From contig NC_047024.1 of NCBI RefSeq assembly GCF_902652985.1, forward strand, positions 37,386,001 through 37,450,000: a stretch of DNA of 64,000 nt, written 5' to 3'. How positions within the stretch are numbered: the first letter of the stretch is position 1; the number at the start of each line of letters is the position of its first letter. This DNA is from Pecten maximus (lineage: Eukaryota). The translations under genes and the position numbers were made by a program. A model generated the notes under the pieces. It ran no database searches, was not told the origin of the DNA, and worked only from the letters and a program-made list of their open reading frames with translations. Shown piece after piece: positions 50,631 through 63,634 of the stretch.

Positions 50631-51655
50631 CTATGGGGAAACATGGAACATTCCTAAAGAGAGAGGAGAGAAGAGTTGCTATGGGGACATGGAACATACT
50701 AAAAGGAGAGGAATATTGCTATGGGGACATGGAACATACTAAAAGGAGAGGAGTGTTGCTATGGGGACATGGAGCATACTAAAAGGAGAGGAGGGTTGCT
50801 ATGGGGACATGGAACATACTAAAAGGAGAGGAGTGTTGCTATGGTGACATGGAACATACTTAAAGAAGAGGAGTGTTGCTATGGGGACATGGAACATACT
50901 TAAAGAAGAGGAGTGTTATTATGGGGACATGGAACATACTAAAAGGAGAGGAGTGTTGCTATGGGAACATGGAACATACTTAAAGAAAAGGAGTGTTGCT
51001 ATGGGGACATGGAACATAAAAGGCTAGGACTGTTACTGTGGGGACATGAAACATACGAGGAGTGTTGCTATGGGGACATGGAACATACTAAAAGGAGAGG
51101 AATGTTGCTATGGGAACATGAAACATACTAAAAGGAGAGGAGTGTTACTGTGGGGACATGGAACATACTAAAAGGCGAGGAGTGTTACTGTGGGGACATG
51201 GAACATACTAAAAGGCGAGGAGGGTTGCTATGGGAACATGAAACATACTAAAAGGAGAGGAGTGTTGCTATTGGGACATGAAACATACTAAAAGGAGAGG
51301 AGTGTTACTGTGGGGACATGGCACATACTTAAAGGAGAGGAGTTTTACTATGGGGACATGGAACATACTAAAAGGAGAGGAGTGTTATTATTGGGACATG
51401 GAACATACTTAAAGTAGAGGAGTGTTGCTATGGGGACATGGAACATACTAAAAGGAGAGGAGTGTTATTATTGGGACATGGAACATACTTAAAGTAGAGG
51501 AGTGTTGCTATGGGGACATGGAACATACTAAAAGGAGAGGAGTGTTATTATTGGGACATGGAACATACTTAAAGTAGAGGAGTGTTGCTATGGGGACATG
51601 GAACATACTAAAAGGAGAGGAGTGTTATTATGGGGACATAGAACATACTAAAAGC
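50630..51655. repeat. 40-bp minisatellite A (~25 copies)
   Basis: GCTATGGGGACATGGAACATACTAAAAGGAGAGGAGTGTT. Confidence 0.97.
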
Positions 51656-51699
51656 CTATATCTGCAAGGGTATAATACAATCAATATAAGAATATAGGT

Positions 51700-52926
51700 G
51701 TTGCTATGCAGACTGGGACATACCTAAAATGGTATGGGTATTTCTATGGAGACTAGGACAACAATTCAAGTACATGTATATGGATGTAGCATTAGAGACT
51801 GGGACATACCTATAATGGTATGGGTGCTGCTATGGAGACTGGGGCATACATATAATGGTGTTGGTGATGCTATGGATACTGGGACATAACTATAATGGTA
51901 TGGGTGCTGCTATGGAGACTGGGACATACATTTAATGGTGTTGGTGATGCTATGGATACTGGGACATAACTATAATGGTATGGGTGATGCTATGGAGACT
52001 GGGACATAACTATAATGGTATGGGTGATGCTATGGAGACTGGGACATAACTATAATGGTGTGGGCGATGCTATGGAGACTGGGACATAACTATAATGGTA
52101 TGGGTGATGCTATGGAGACTGGGACATAACTATAATGGTATGGGTGATGCTATGGAGACTGGGACATAACTATAATGGTATGGGTGATGCTATGGATACT
52201 GGGACATAATTATAATGGTATGGGTGATGCTATGGAGACTGGGACATAACTAAAATGGTATGGGTGATGCTATGGTGACTGGGACATAACTATAATGGTA
52301 TGGGTGATGCTATGGAGACTGGGACATAACTATAATGGTGTGGGTGATGCTATGGATACTGAGACATAACTATGATGGTATGGGTGATGTTATGGAGACT
52401 GGGACATAACTATAATGGTATGGGTGATGCTATGGAGACTGGGACATAACTATAATGGTGTGGGCGATGCTATGGATACTGGGACATAACTATAATGGTA
52501 TGGGTGATGTTATGGAGACTGGGACATAACTATAATGGTGTGGGCGATGCTATGGAGACTGGGACATAACTATAATGGTGTGGGTGATGCTATGGAGACT
52601 GGGACATAACTATAATGGTATGGGTGATGCTATGGAGACTGGGACATAACTATAATGGTATGGGTGATGCTATGGAGACTGGGACATAACTATAATGGTA
52701 TGGGTGATGCTATGGAGACTGGGACATAACTATAATGGTATGGGTGATGCTGTGGAGACTGGGACATAACTATAATGGTATGGGTGATGATATGGAGACT
52801 GGGACATAACTATAATGGTATGGGTGGTGCTATGGAGACTGGGACATAACTATAATGGTATGGGTGATGCTATTGATACTGGGACATAAATATAATGGTA
52901 TGGGTGATGCTGTGGATACTGGGACA
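51700..52926. repeat. 40-bp minisatellite B (~30 copies)
   Basis: GCTATGGAGACTGGGACATAACTATAATGGTATGGGTGAT. Confidence 0.97.
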
Positions 52927-55243
52927 CAGAGACATGACTAAAGGGGGAGGGTTTGATAAGGTTTAGGATCTTATTAAATTCTAGCAGATTGATTACTTAT
53001 GGGTTAAAAGGGTATCCAATTAATGTATATTTGCAGCTTGTTAATTTTGTCTCCATCATGGTACTTGTAAGATTTTGATATTTCAGAGATACAATAAGTT
53101 ATTTTTGTTTGGAGTGTTGGGAATGTCTAGGATTTCCTTTTATCATTTTGGTACCAACAGTAAAAAAGTCTATTTTAAAAACACTTTTTATTAGATAATT
53201 TAAAACATTTAGGATTCAACAGCTGTACGTGCTCATAATAATGTTGTTTATTTAGTTAATAAAATTGATGAAACAGAAATTATGGTCATGTGTATGTAAA
53301 TTACGGCATGTCAGACTAGGCAAGGTAAATAATGAGACCCTTTGATTTGAAAGTACACTTTATGTTTACCTCACATGGTACTGGTACAGACTTGATACAT
53401 CTTATCTAGTTTGTGGTGCTGGTTGGTGTAATATATCACCCTCTGAGATTTTAAAATGTAAAACCACAATCAGCCATTTTTAACTGACACTAGATGAATG
53501 TTGGAGAATTTTATATCAGGACGCTTAATCAGTTCATTCATCCATCTGTCTGCCTATCTGTAAATAAAATCTTGTTATCACTACTCCTCCTGAATGGATG
53601 ATTTAATACAGACACAGCAGAACTTCCAATAGTGAGCAGGGCGTGGCCGATCATATGTCCTACAAGAAATTCAGACCTATGTGTCACTTCCATGGCCACT
53701 ATCACTAACATATTAAAACCAGACTTTCAATCATGAGTTGTGTATGGTCCACAGAAGGTCCTAACTAAGTTTAGATTATTGCGACACCTTCAAGATGAAA
53801 TAATTTTTGTTAACCAAAAGTTGTATCAATTAAAATTAAGACACGCCTTTTAGGAATATGAGCTCAGGTCCACTAAAACAATTATTACATGCAATACATG
53901 GCTGCCAGGTTGAAAAATGTTGTCATTATTACTTTTCCTAAACAAATAGTTTTATCTAGACAGAACTGTCACTAATGGGTTGTGTAATGTCACAGATCCA
54001 TGAGATGATCCATTACTGACATTTGACTACATGCCACTTACTAAATCATGATCAAGACATTAAGAAAGACAGCTAGAAACTAAAATCCAGACCTGTGCTA
54101 TATAGTCTGAAAGATGATGGCGAAATATGATGTAAATCTTAAATGTTATTGCTATACTACCTCTGAATGAATGATCGTCACAGAAATATAATGACCTTTT
54201 GCGAGTAAGACATTGTCCACATTTGGTCCTAAACACAAGTGACATTCATGTTGGTAGTTATACCAAACCACTACATACCCATGTGTAGTGAGTGTCCAAA
54301 TGGTACAAGCAAACTACACAACAGAGGTGTTATGTCAGTAGAGTATCTGTAACTCCATTGGGAACTCTCTCTCTGTACTGAGTGCCAATACTGAAAGGTT
54401 AGTATATATCTCGAGGTTCGAGAGGTTCGAGGTTCGGGTGTAGATACGAATACAAAGCAGGCATTCAGATATATGCTGGTATGATTCTACAGTGACTTGT
54501 ATACATTCAAAGTATATCAAATTTTAAATTTTCAAAATGATTTTGATAATAGCTGGCAAATGTGTGTTCTTTATTACTGTCAAACTCTTCTTTCCAATGG
54601 GCAGTACCTTTTTATATTCTCTAGATTTGAAGATTCAGATTAAAAAGGATTTATCAAAAACCAATGATAGAAAATTTCCTTTCTTACAATAAAGCTGATG
54701 AGGCCTGTTTGGATGTGATAAACTAGGCAAGAAGCCAACTTCAAAGGTCATATGGCTTTATCTGCCATCATTTTTATGCGTACATATTTGTCAAACTGTA
54801 TATTTTATCAAAGAAATTTTACTGTCTAAATCAATATGTATCTATAGACATTTTTTTGTATTATATCAAGTTTGAATATCATTATGGTATCAATGTTTGC
54901 TAACTGTTATTAGGTAAAAAATCTAGTTTTACCATTGTTCATATGATATGCCCCAAATGTTTATTTTTAGCCATTAAGTTCCAAAGAGCCAGGCTATCTA
55001 TGTATCATTGCCAATCGACCATTTGTTTCATCATGTAATTTATTGAATTGTCGAGCTTTCTATATAAATGTCCATAGTGACTGGATGGATTTTGACTGAA
55101 CTGGTCACAGATCAGACCTCCTCCAAGAAAACTTCCTGTTGAAGATATGATTGATATGCATGATTATCTTTAGAAAATAGGAGAAGTAGGTGGGCCTAAA
55201 ATTGATTGATTGATTATTTATTTATTTTTTTGTTCTGTTTATA

Positions 55244-55767
55244 ACTTTAAGTCCTGGCGTGAGTCTGTGACACTTTACGTTCTGGCGTGAGTCTGTGACA
55301 CTTTACGTCCTGGCGTGAGTCTGTGACACTTTACGTCCTGGCGTGAGTCTGTGACACTTTACGTCCTGGCGTGAGTCTGTGACACTTTACGTCCTGGCGT
55401 GAGTCTGTGACACTTTACGTCCTGGCGTGAGTCTGTGACACTTTAAGTCCTGGCGTGAGTCTGTGACACTTTACGTCCTGGCGTGAGTCTGTGACACTTT
55501 ACGTCCTGGCGTGAGTCTGTGACACTTTACGTCCTGGCGTGAGTCTGTGACACTTTACGTCCTGGCGTGAGTCTGTGACACTTTAAGTCCTGGCGTGAGT
55601 CTGTGACACTTTACGTCCTGGCGTGAGTCTGTGACACTTTAAGTCCTGGCGTGAGTCTGTGACACTTTACGTCCTGGCGTGAGTCTGTGACACTTTAAGT
55701 CCTGGCGTGAGTCTGTGACACTTTACGTCCTGGCGTGAGTCTGTGACACTTTAAGTCCTGGCGTGAG
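55244..55767. repeat. 28-bp minisatellite (~18 copies)
   Basis: ACTTTA(C/A)GTCCTGGCGTGAGTCTGTGAC. Confidence 0.97.
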
Positions 55768-55957
55768 AATGTGTGCAATGGTTTTATCTCCCCTACCAAG
55801 CATAAACAAAAGCTGATCAATGGAAAAGCTATCCCTTACTTAAGCATCTGATTGTCAATACAAGTGTATATAATAGATACAGAAAGTAATGAACAGTGAC
55901 CAAGCTGAATGATTTTGAGCCTACATGCAAATATTTAGGCTAAGGTACTAATGATGC

Positions 55958-58032
55958 AGTGACAATTACCAAGATATTCAGTATCTCAATACAGGGTGAC
56001 AAGTACCAAGATATGGGGTATCTCAATACAGGGTGACAATTACCAAGACATGGAGTATCTCAATACAGGGTGACAAGTACCAAGACATGGAGTATCTCAA
56101 TACAGGGTGACAAGTACCAAGACATGGAGTATCTCAATACAGGGTGACAAGTACCAAGACATGGAGTATCTCAATACAGGGTGACAAGTACCAAGACATG
56201 GGGTATCTCAATACAGGGTGACAAGTACCAAGATATAGGGTATCTCAATACAGGGTGACAATTACCAAGACATGGAGTATCTCAATACAGGGTGACAAGT
56301 ACCAAGACATGGGGTATCTCAATACAGGGTGACAAGTACCAAGATATAGGGTATCTCAATACAGGGTGACAATTACCAAGACATGGAGTATCTCAATACA
56401 GGGTGACAATTACCAAGACATGGAGTATCTCAATACAGGGTGACAATTACCAAGACATGGAGTATCTCAATACAGGGTGACAATTACCAAACATGGGGTA
56501 TCTCAATACAGGGTGACAATTACCAAGATATGGGTTATCTCAATACAGGGTGACAATTACCAAGATACTGAGTATCTCAATACAGGGTGACAAGTACCAA
56601 GACATGAGGTATCCCAATACAAGGTGACAAGTACCAAGACATGGAGTATCTCAATACAGGGTGACAAGTACCAAGAATTGGGGTATCTCAATACAGGGTG
56701 ACAATTACCAAGAATTGGGGTATCTCAATACAGGGTGACAATTACCAAGATATGGGGTATCTCAATACAGGGTGACAATTACCAAGATACTGAGTATCTC
56801 AATACAGGGTGACAAGTACCAAGACATGAGGTATCTCAATACAGGGTGACAAGTACCAAGGCATGGTGTATCTCAATACAGGGTGACAAGTACCAAGATA
56901 TGGGGTATCTCAATACAGGGTGACAATTACCAAGACATGGGGTATCTCAATACAGGGTGACAAGTACCAAGACATGGAGTATCTCAATACAGGGTGACAA
57001 GTACCAAGGCATGGAGTATCTCAATACAGGGTGACAATTACCAAGATATGAGGTATCTCAATACAGGGTGACAATTACCAAGACATGGAGTATCTCAATA
57101 CAGGGTGACAATTACCAAGACATGAGGTATCTCAATACAGGGTGACAATTACCAAGATATGGGGTATCTCAATACAGGGTGACAAATACCAAACATGGGG
57201 TATCTCAATACAGGGTGACAATTACCAAGATATGAGGTATCTCAATACAGGGTGACAATTACCAAGACATGGAGTATCTCAATACAGGGTGACAATTACC
57301 AAGACATGAGGTATCTCAATACAGGGTGACAATTACCAAGATATGGGGTATCTCAATACAGGGTGACAAATACCAAACATGGGGTATCTCAATACAGGGT
57401 GACAATTACCAAGATATGGGGTATCTCAATACAGGGTGACAATTACCAAGACATGAGGTATCTCAATACAGGGTGACAAATACCAAACATGGGGTATCTC
57501 AATACAGGGTGACAATTACCAAGACATGGAGTATCTCAATACAGGGTGACAATTACCAAGACATGGAGTATCTCAATACAGGGTGACAATTACCAAACAT
57601 GGTGTATCGCAATACAGGGTGACAAGTACCAAAACATGAGGTATCTCAATACAGGGTGACAAGTACCAAGACATGGAGTATCTCAATACAGGGTGACAAT
57701 TACCAAGACATGGAGTATCGCAATACAGGGTGACAAGTACCAAGAATTGGGGTATCTCAATACAGGGTGACAATTACCAAGACATGGAGTATCTCAATAC
57801 AGGGTGACACTTACCAAGACATGGGGTATCTCAATACAGGGTGACACTTACCAAGATATGGGGTATCTCAATACAGGGTGACAATTACCAAGACATGGGG
57901 TATCTCAATACAGGGTGACACTTACCAAGATATGGGGTATCTCAATACAGGGTGACAATTACCAAGACATGGGGTATCTCAATACAGGGTGACAAGTACC
58001 AAGACATGGGGTATCTCAATACAGGGTGACAA
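55958..58032. repeat. 37-bp minisatellite (~56 copies)
   Basis: CAGGGTGACAA(T/G)TACCAAGACATGG(A/G)GTATCTCAATA. Confidence 0.97.
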
Positions 58033-58584
58033 GAGTGGCTGGAGAAATTAGATTTGCTTTGAGAAATCAGGAAATCAAATGTTTAATAAAAGAAAAGTAA
58101 ATTATTTCCCTGTTATTGAGAAGACAAGAGCCCAGAATTTGGAATATTTTTTATATAGAACTGTACTTTTAAATGAGAATAGCATGCTGTGATTACTGAA
58201 ACACTATGGACAGAGATGCAGGTTTTTTCCATTTACATGTATCTAAATCAGATAACAAGCACATTAGGCTAAAGTAAAAAAAAGCTAACAATGCTGAGAC
58301 CAGACAGATGGAGAGAAATCAGAAGCTGAAGTTATTTAGCTGCATGTGTGTTGGATCTGGTGAAAAACTGATAAGCCTTGTAGAATGTAAAATATTTCCG
58401 TTAAGTGCTGTCAAGTAATGTTGAATGGAGGTTTTGTACAAAGGATGTTTGTCAGTTCATAAATTGTGCAATGGAAATCTGTAATTCAGGAGATTCAAAT
58501 AAGAGGAAATTACTTATTACACCTTAAGGGATGTAATTCAGTAGAATTAACTGATCATGAGGGGTCATTCACAAATGCTAAGAG

Positions 58585-59003
58585 GGAATAGATCAGTAGA
58601 ACTCAGGGGAGATAAATCAGTGTAACGCAAGGGAGATAAGTCAATATAACTCAGCGAAGATAGATCAGTGTAACGCAAGAGAGATGAGTCAGTATACCTT
58701 AAGGGAGATAGTCAGTATAACTCAGGGGAGATAAATCAGTATAACTCAAGGGGAAAGTATAACTAGGGGGAGATAAGACAGTATAACTCAGGGGAAATAA
58801 GACAGTATAATTCAGGGGAGATAAGACAGTATAATTCAGGGGAAATAAGACAGTATAACTCAGGGGAGACAAATCAGTATACCTTCAGGGAGATAGTCAG
58901 TATAACTCAGGGGAGATAAGTCAGTAAACCTCAAGGGGAGATAAGTCAGTAAAACTCAAGGGGAGATAAGTCAGTATACCACAGGGGGAGATACTTCTGT
59001 ATA
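58585..59003. repeat. Degenerate 24-bp minisatellite
   Basis: TCAGTATAACTCAGGGGAGATAAG-type units. Confidence 0.9.
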
Positions 59004-59641
59004 AATTGGTTCAGTTTATGATACAATAAAGGTCAAGGTCAATGAAAATTTTGCCTTTAAATGACCACTTGTGTTCTGAATATGTTTTAACCTGTAAACT
59101 ATCAAAAGTGATTCACACAGCACTTCTTTAGATAACCATGATCTAGGCTGAGTTTTAATGTTAAACTAATGTTTTTGACTTGAAATTTTACCCGTATACC
59201 AGTGCCACTGGCTTTTACTTGTGTATGAAAACCACATAGTTATGAAGGGTTTTCCTTAGAGAGTTTATTACTTTCTATAAAGGGCATCCTTTGTAACAGG
59301 GCCTGGACTTATTAATAGAGTTGTGGAACACAAACATTGGCACGTTTCACAAGAAGCTGGGGAATTCAAAGAAACGTGCTGTGCTATCTCATTCTGGGGT
59401 TCTGTTTTCGTGCTAGTACAAGGTGAGCTGAATATTAATGTTTTCTGTAAACTGTATTTTTTAAAATTTCACAGCAATTAATTTTACAGCAACAAAATCT
59501 AACGGCAATTAAACTATTGACGATCATGCATGTAAAGAATTTTGTCTGTAACAAAGAATTCATTTTTTTAGGTTTCAATTATATAATACCTGAATGATCA
59601 GTTAATTGTAAATATGTATACTGCATGTATCAGCACTGATT

Positions 59642-61145
59642 CTTAGTAACTACTGTAAACTGACTACAGAGTGTCATAGAGATCCTTAGTGACTACTGTA
59701 AACTGACTACAGAGTGTCATAGAGATCCTTAGTGACTACTGTAAACTGACTACAGAGTGTCATAGAGATCCTTAGTGACTACTGTAAACTGTCTACAGAG
59801 TGTCATAGAGATCCTTAGTGACTACTGTAAACTGTCTACAGAGTGTCATAGAGATCCTTAGTGACTACTGTAAACTGACTACAGAGTGTCATAGAGATCC
59901 ATAGTGACTACTGTAAACTGACTACAGAGTGTCATAGAGATCCTTAGTGACTACTGTAAACTGACTACAGAGTGTCATAGAGATCCATAGTGACTACTGT
60001 AAACTGACTACAGAGTGTCATAGAGATCCTTAGTGACTACTGTAAACTGACTACAGAGTGTCATAGAGATCCATAGTGACTACTGTAAACTGACTACAGA
60101 GTGTCATAGAGATCCTTAGTGACTACTGTAAACTGACTACAGAGTGTCATAGAGATCCTTAGTGACTACTGTAAACTGACTACAGAGTGTCATAGAGATC
60201 CTTAGTGACTACTGTAAACTGACTACAGAGTGTCATAGAGATCCTTAGTGACTACTGTAAACTGTCTAGAGTGTCATAGAGATCCTTAGTGACTACTGTA
60301 AACTGACTACAGAGTGTCATAGAGATCCTTAGTGACTACTGTAAACTGTCTACAGAGTGTCATAGAGATCCTTAGTGACTACTGTAAACTGTCTACATAG
60401 TGTCATAGAGATCCTTAGTGACTACTGTAAACTGACTACAGAGTGTCATAGAGATCCATAGTGACTACTGTAAACTGACTACAGAGTGTCATAGAGATCC
60501 TTAGTGACTACTGTAAACTGACTACAGAGTGTCATAGAGATCCATAGTGACTACTGTAAACTGACTACAGAGTGTCATAGAGATCCTTAGTGACTACTGT
60601 AAACTGACTACAGAGTGTCATAGAGATCCTTAGTGACTACTGTAAACTGACTACAGAGTGTCATAGAGATCCTTAGTGACTACTGTAAACTGACTACAGA
60701 GTGTCATAGAGATCCTTAGTGACTACTGTAAACTGACTACAGAGTGTCATAGAGATCCTTAGTGACTACTGTAAACTGTCTAGAGTGTCATAGAGATCCT
60801 TAGTGACTACTGTAAACTGACTACAGAGTGTCATAGAGATCCTTAGTGACTACTGTAAACTGTCTACAGAGTGTCATAGAGATCCTTAGTGACTACTGTA
60901 AACTGTCTACAGAGTGTCATAGAGATCCTTAGTGACTACTGTAAACTGACTACAGAGTGTCATAGAGATCCTTAGTGACTACTGTAAACTGACTACAGAG
61001 TGTCATAGAGATCCTTAGTGACTACTGTAAACTGTCTACAGAGTGTCATAGAGATCCTTAGTGACTACTGTAAACTGACTACAGAGTGTCATAGAGATCC
61101 TTAGTGACTACTGTAATCTGACTACAGAGTGTCATAGAGGTCCTT
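59642..61145. repeat. 43-bp minisatellite (35 copies)
   Basis: CTTAGTGACTACTGTAAACTGACTACAGAGTGTCATAGAGATC. Confidence 0.98.
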
Positions 61146-61600
61146 ACTAAAATTTCTTCAAAAACCTCATGCCCAACTATGTCACTTGCAATTTAATGAA
61201 AACAAAAAACTTGTTTGTTATCCTGAATTAGGTTATTCCTCTTGATAAATATCTTAATCAGGTTCAGTATAGATGGTACTATTTCATAGCCTCAGCAGTA
61301 AGCCTCTCCTTTATTTAAGAGATTTTGTGTTGGACACTCTGGCCTCACAACTAGATACATACATATACTGACCACAAAGTGTGATGTCACATCGGCCATT
61401 GTTGCATACTGATTAAGAAGTGTTTACTGCATAGAGAATATCTGATATGTATAATTATACCATATGATGATAGATGACTGGTCAGTTAAAGGTCAAACGG
61501 TCACACACTAGATCTACAATTACTTAATTCACAATACTGACTTGTGTTTCAGGTTCCCTTAGCAAACCATTGTGTGTCCGAGGAGGGTCGAAGGGGAAAG

Positions 61601-62239
61601 ATGTATGGGATGTTACTGGAGAGTGTCCAGCATTACGTTAAAACTGAACATGGAGAGGAAGTGTGGCGGGCTATACTGGAACACATCGGTCTGAGGAACA
61701 CAGTTTTCAACACACATGGCATCTACCCGGACCGTGTAATGTTAGACCTGTCTAAAGCCTGTAGCAAAGTAATTGGTGATCGAACATCGGAGGAATATCT
61801 GCAGTACTTTGGTCAGTGTTTCGTGAAGTTTTTTAGTCATTATGGCTATGACAAAATTGTTCGGATATCAGGACGTCACTACCGTGACTTTCTAAAGGAA
61901 ATTGACAATTTGCATGAAACCATGCGGTTTACCTTCCCTCGAATGCACAGTCCATCTTTCAATGTGAGCGATGAGGATGTTGACGGTTGTGTGTTGGTGT
62001 ATCGGTCGAAACGTAAGGGATTTACGCCCTATGTTATCGGCCAGTTGTGTGAATGTGCCTCTCAGTTTTACAACATTAATGTGACTGTCAGTAAAGTCAC
62101 ACAAAGCACGATTGATATCGGCTATCACACACAGTTCCGTCTCAATTTCAAAAACAGTGCCTATAGGGAGGACATTGGAGCCACATCGCCACTTTTCCCA
62201 TCCCAGTTCCCTACTTTGTCTGCCAACACGTTATTTAAG
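61601..62239 (+). CDS. Atypical soluble guanylate cyclase (Gyc-88E/89D-like), H-NOX exon
   Basis: Exon 61553-62239 (tttcag / gtatat). MYGMLLESVQHY start at 61601, proximal His105 (DNLHE), Pro118 (SPSF), heme-binding YxSxR (YRSKR), distal YVIGQL. Confidence 0.95.
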
Positions 62240-63478
62240 GTATATAAGGCTGCAAACCGTAATCTGAGTTAAGATAGTCATGGATCAAATGCAATGAATA
62301 TAATAGAAAAGTTGAAAAGAAGTTTAATGCAGTTAATGGACTTAATGTAAGTCAGACATACAGATGTGTTTGTACCCTGTAGGCCTGTACTATTGACTGT
62401 ACTTCAACTTGAATTAATGTTGTGATTTCAGGTGTAAGTGCATGATGCTTGTTTCTGTTGTAATCTTGTGCAGGGCATTAACGTATATACAATATGTAGG
62501 CACCTTAAATTACCAAATTTTAGATGTACCTCATTGGTTCGTGGAGTATTGTTTAGCTAAAGTATATATACAGAGTTATGGCCCTTTATTTTAAGGTTTT
62601 TTTTCCAGAGAGGAAAATGAGAATCAAGGATTTGCTAAAAAAAACTTTAATTTTTCAAGTTTTAGTGCTTTGTTTGAAGTATATATATAGCATTTTTGGA
62701 AAGATAGTGATCATTCTGATGTTTTTTGTCTTTTTTTTCTCAAAATGAAACGAAGTTTAAATCGGTAAGCTAATCCTTTAAGATATTCAATCACCCTTCC
62801 TTTTTTAGTGTCTATGACCAGCTATTTATCCCAGGTGCAGGTTGGCTACATTATATAGTTATGTGTATGAGTAAGTTATAATAGGAATTCAGAAAACATA
62901 CAGTAAAATAAAATAGCTCAAAATAGCTCATACAATATTATAGTTAAAATGCCCTTGTGGTTTGTGCAGAAATGATTTAATCGGTGATGAAAGTGGATAC
63001 ATGTATACATCAAGGTATAGAGTTAAATCAGTCATGCGTGACGACCTATAATTAAAAACTAATTATACACAATCAACTTGGTAGTCCTACATTTTAATGC
63101 TCAAGTCAAATATCTGAACAACATACCACATTATGAAAGTCAATAAAGAAGTCCACACATGTTTTCAAATGTATTTTAAATACCGTATTTGGCCTAACAA
63201 GTTTACCTATAGTCACCCTTATCATCAGTGAGGTTGTTTAATCTGCAGTCTTCTAACATAAACATGGAGATAAATAATGCAGTCTATTTTAATCATGATT
63301 TCACATGAAATCTTGTCCTTGTAAATATATTTAGCCCACCATCATCAGATTCGACAGATTAATTTTCTCTCTATTAAAAATTCATAATGTTTTATCTTTA
63401 TTATTATCATTATTTCTCTATTTTTTTTTAAAGAATCATTAACACTTTATAATTGAGTAATAAATTTTTCCATTTCAG

Positions 63479-63634
63479 ATATTTCCATTTTGTATTGTAT
63501 TCGATGAGAACATGGTGATAAGACACATGGGCACCAGCTTACCAATGCTGTTAGAGTCATACAATCTGATTGGCTCAGAATTTCCAACCAGATTCCTGAT
63601 ACGAAGGCCTCTGATAGACTGCACTTGGAACAAT
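63479..63634 (+). CDS. Soluble guanylate cyclase next exon (PAS/HNOBA start); gene continues beyond the window
   Basis: tttcag|IFPFCIVFDENMVIRHMGTSL...FLIRRPLIDCTWNN|gtaatt; phase 0, continuing ...NTLFK. Confidence 0.92.

Noticed and set aside
49793-50782. Gly/Tyr/Trp-rich ORFs resembling shell-matrix proteins
   Set aside because: They are translations of a 12-bp simple repeat, open in several frames on both strands and shifting frame freely; no signal peptide or splice support.
55244-61145. 28-, 37- and 43-bp arrays as CRISPR arrays
   Set aside because: The units are contiguous with no unique spacers, there are no cas genes, and the context is eukaryotic.
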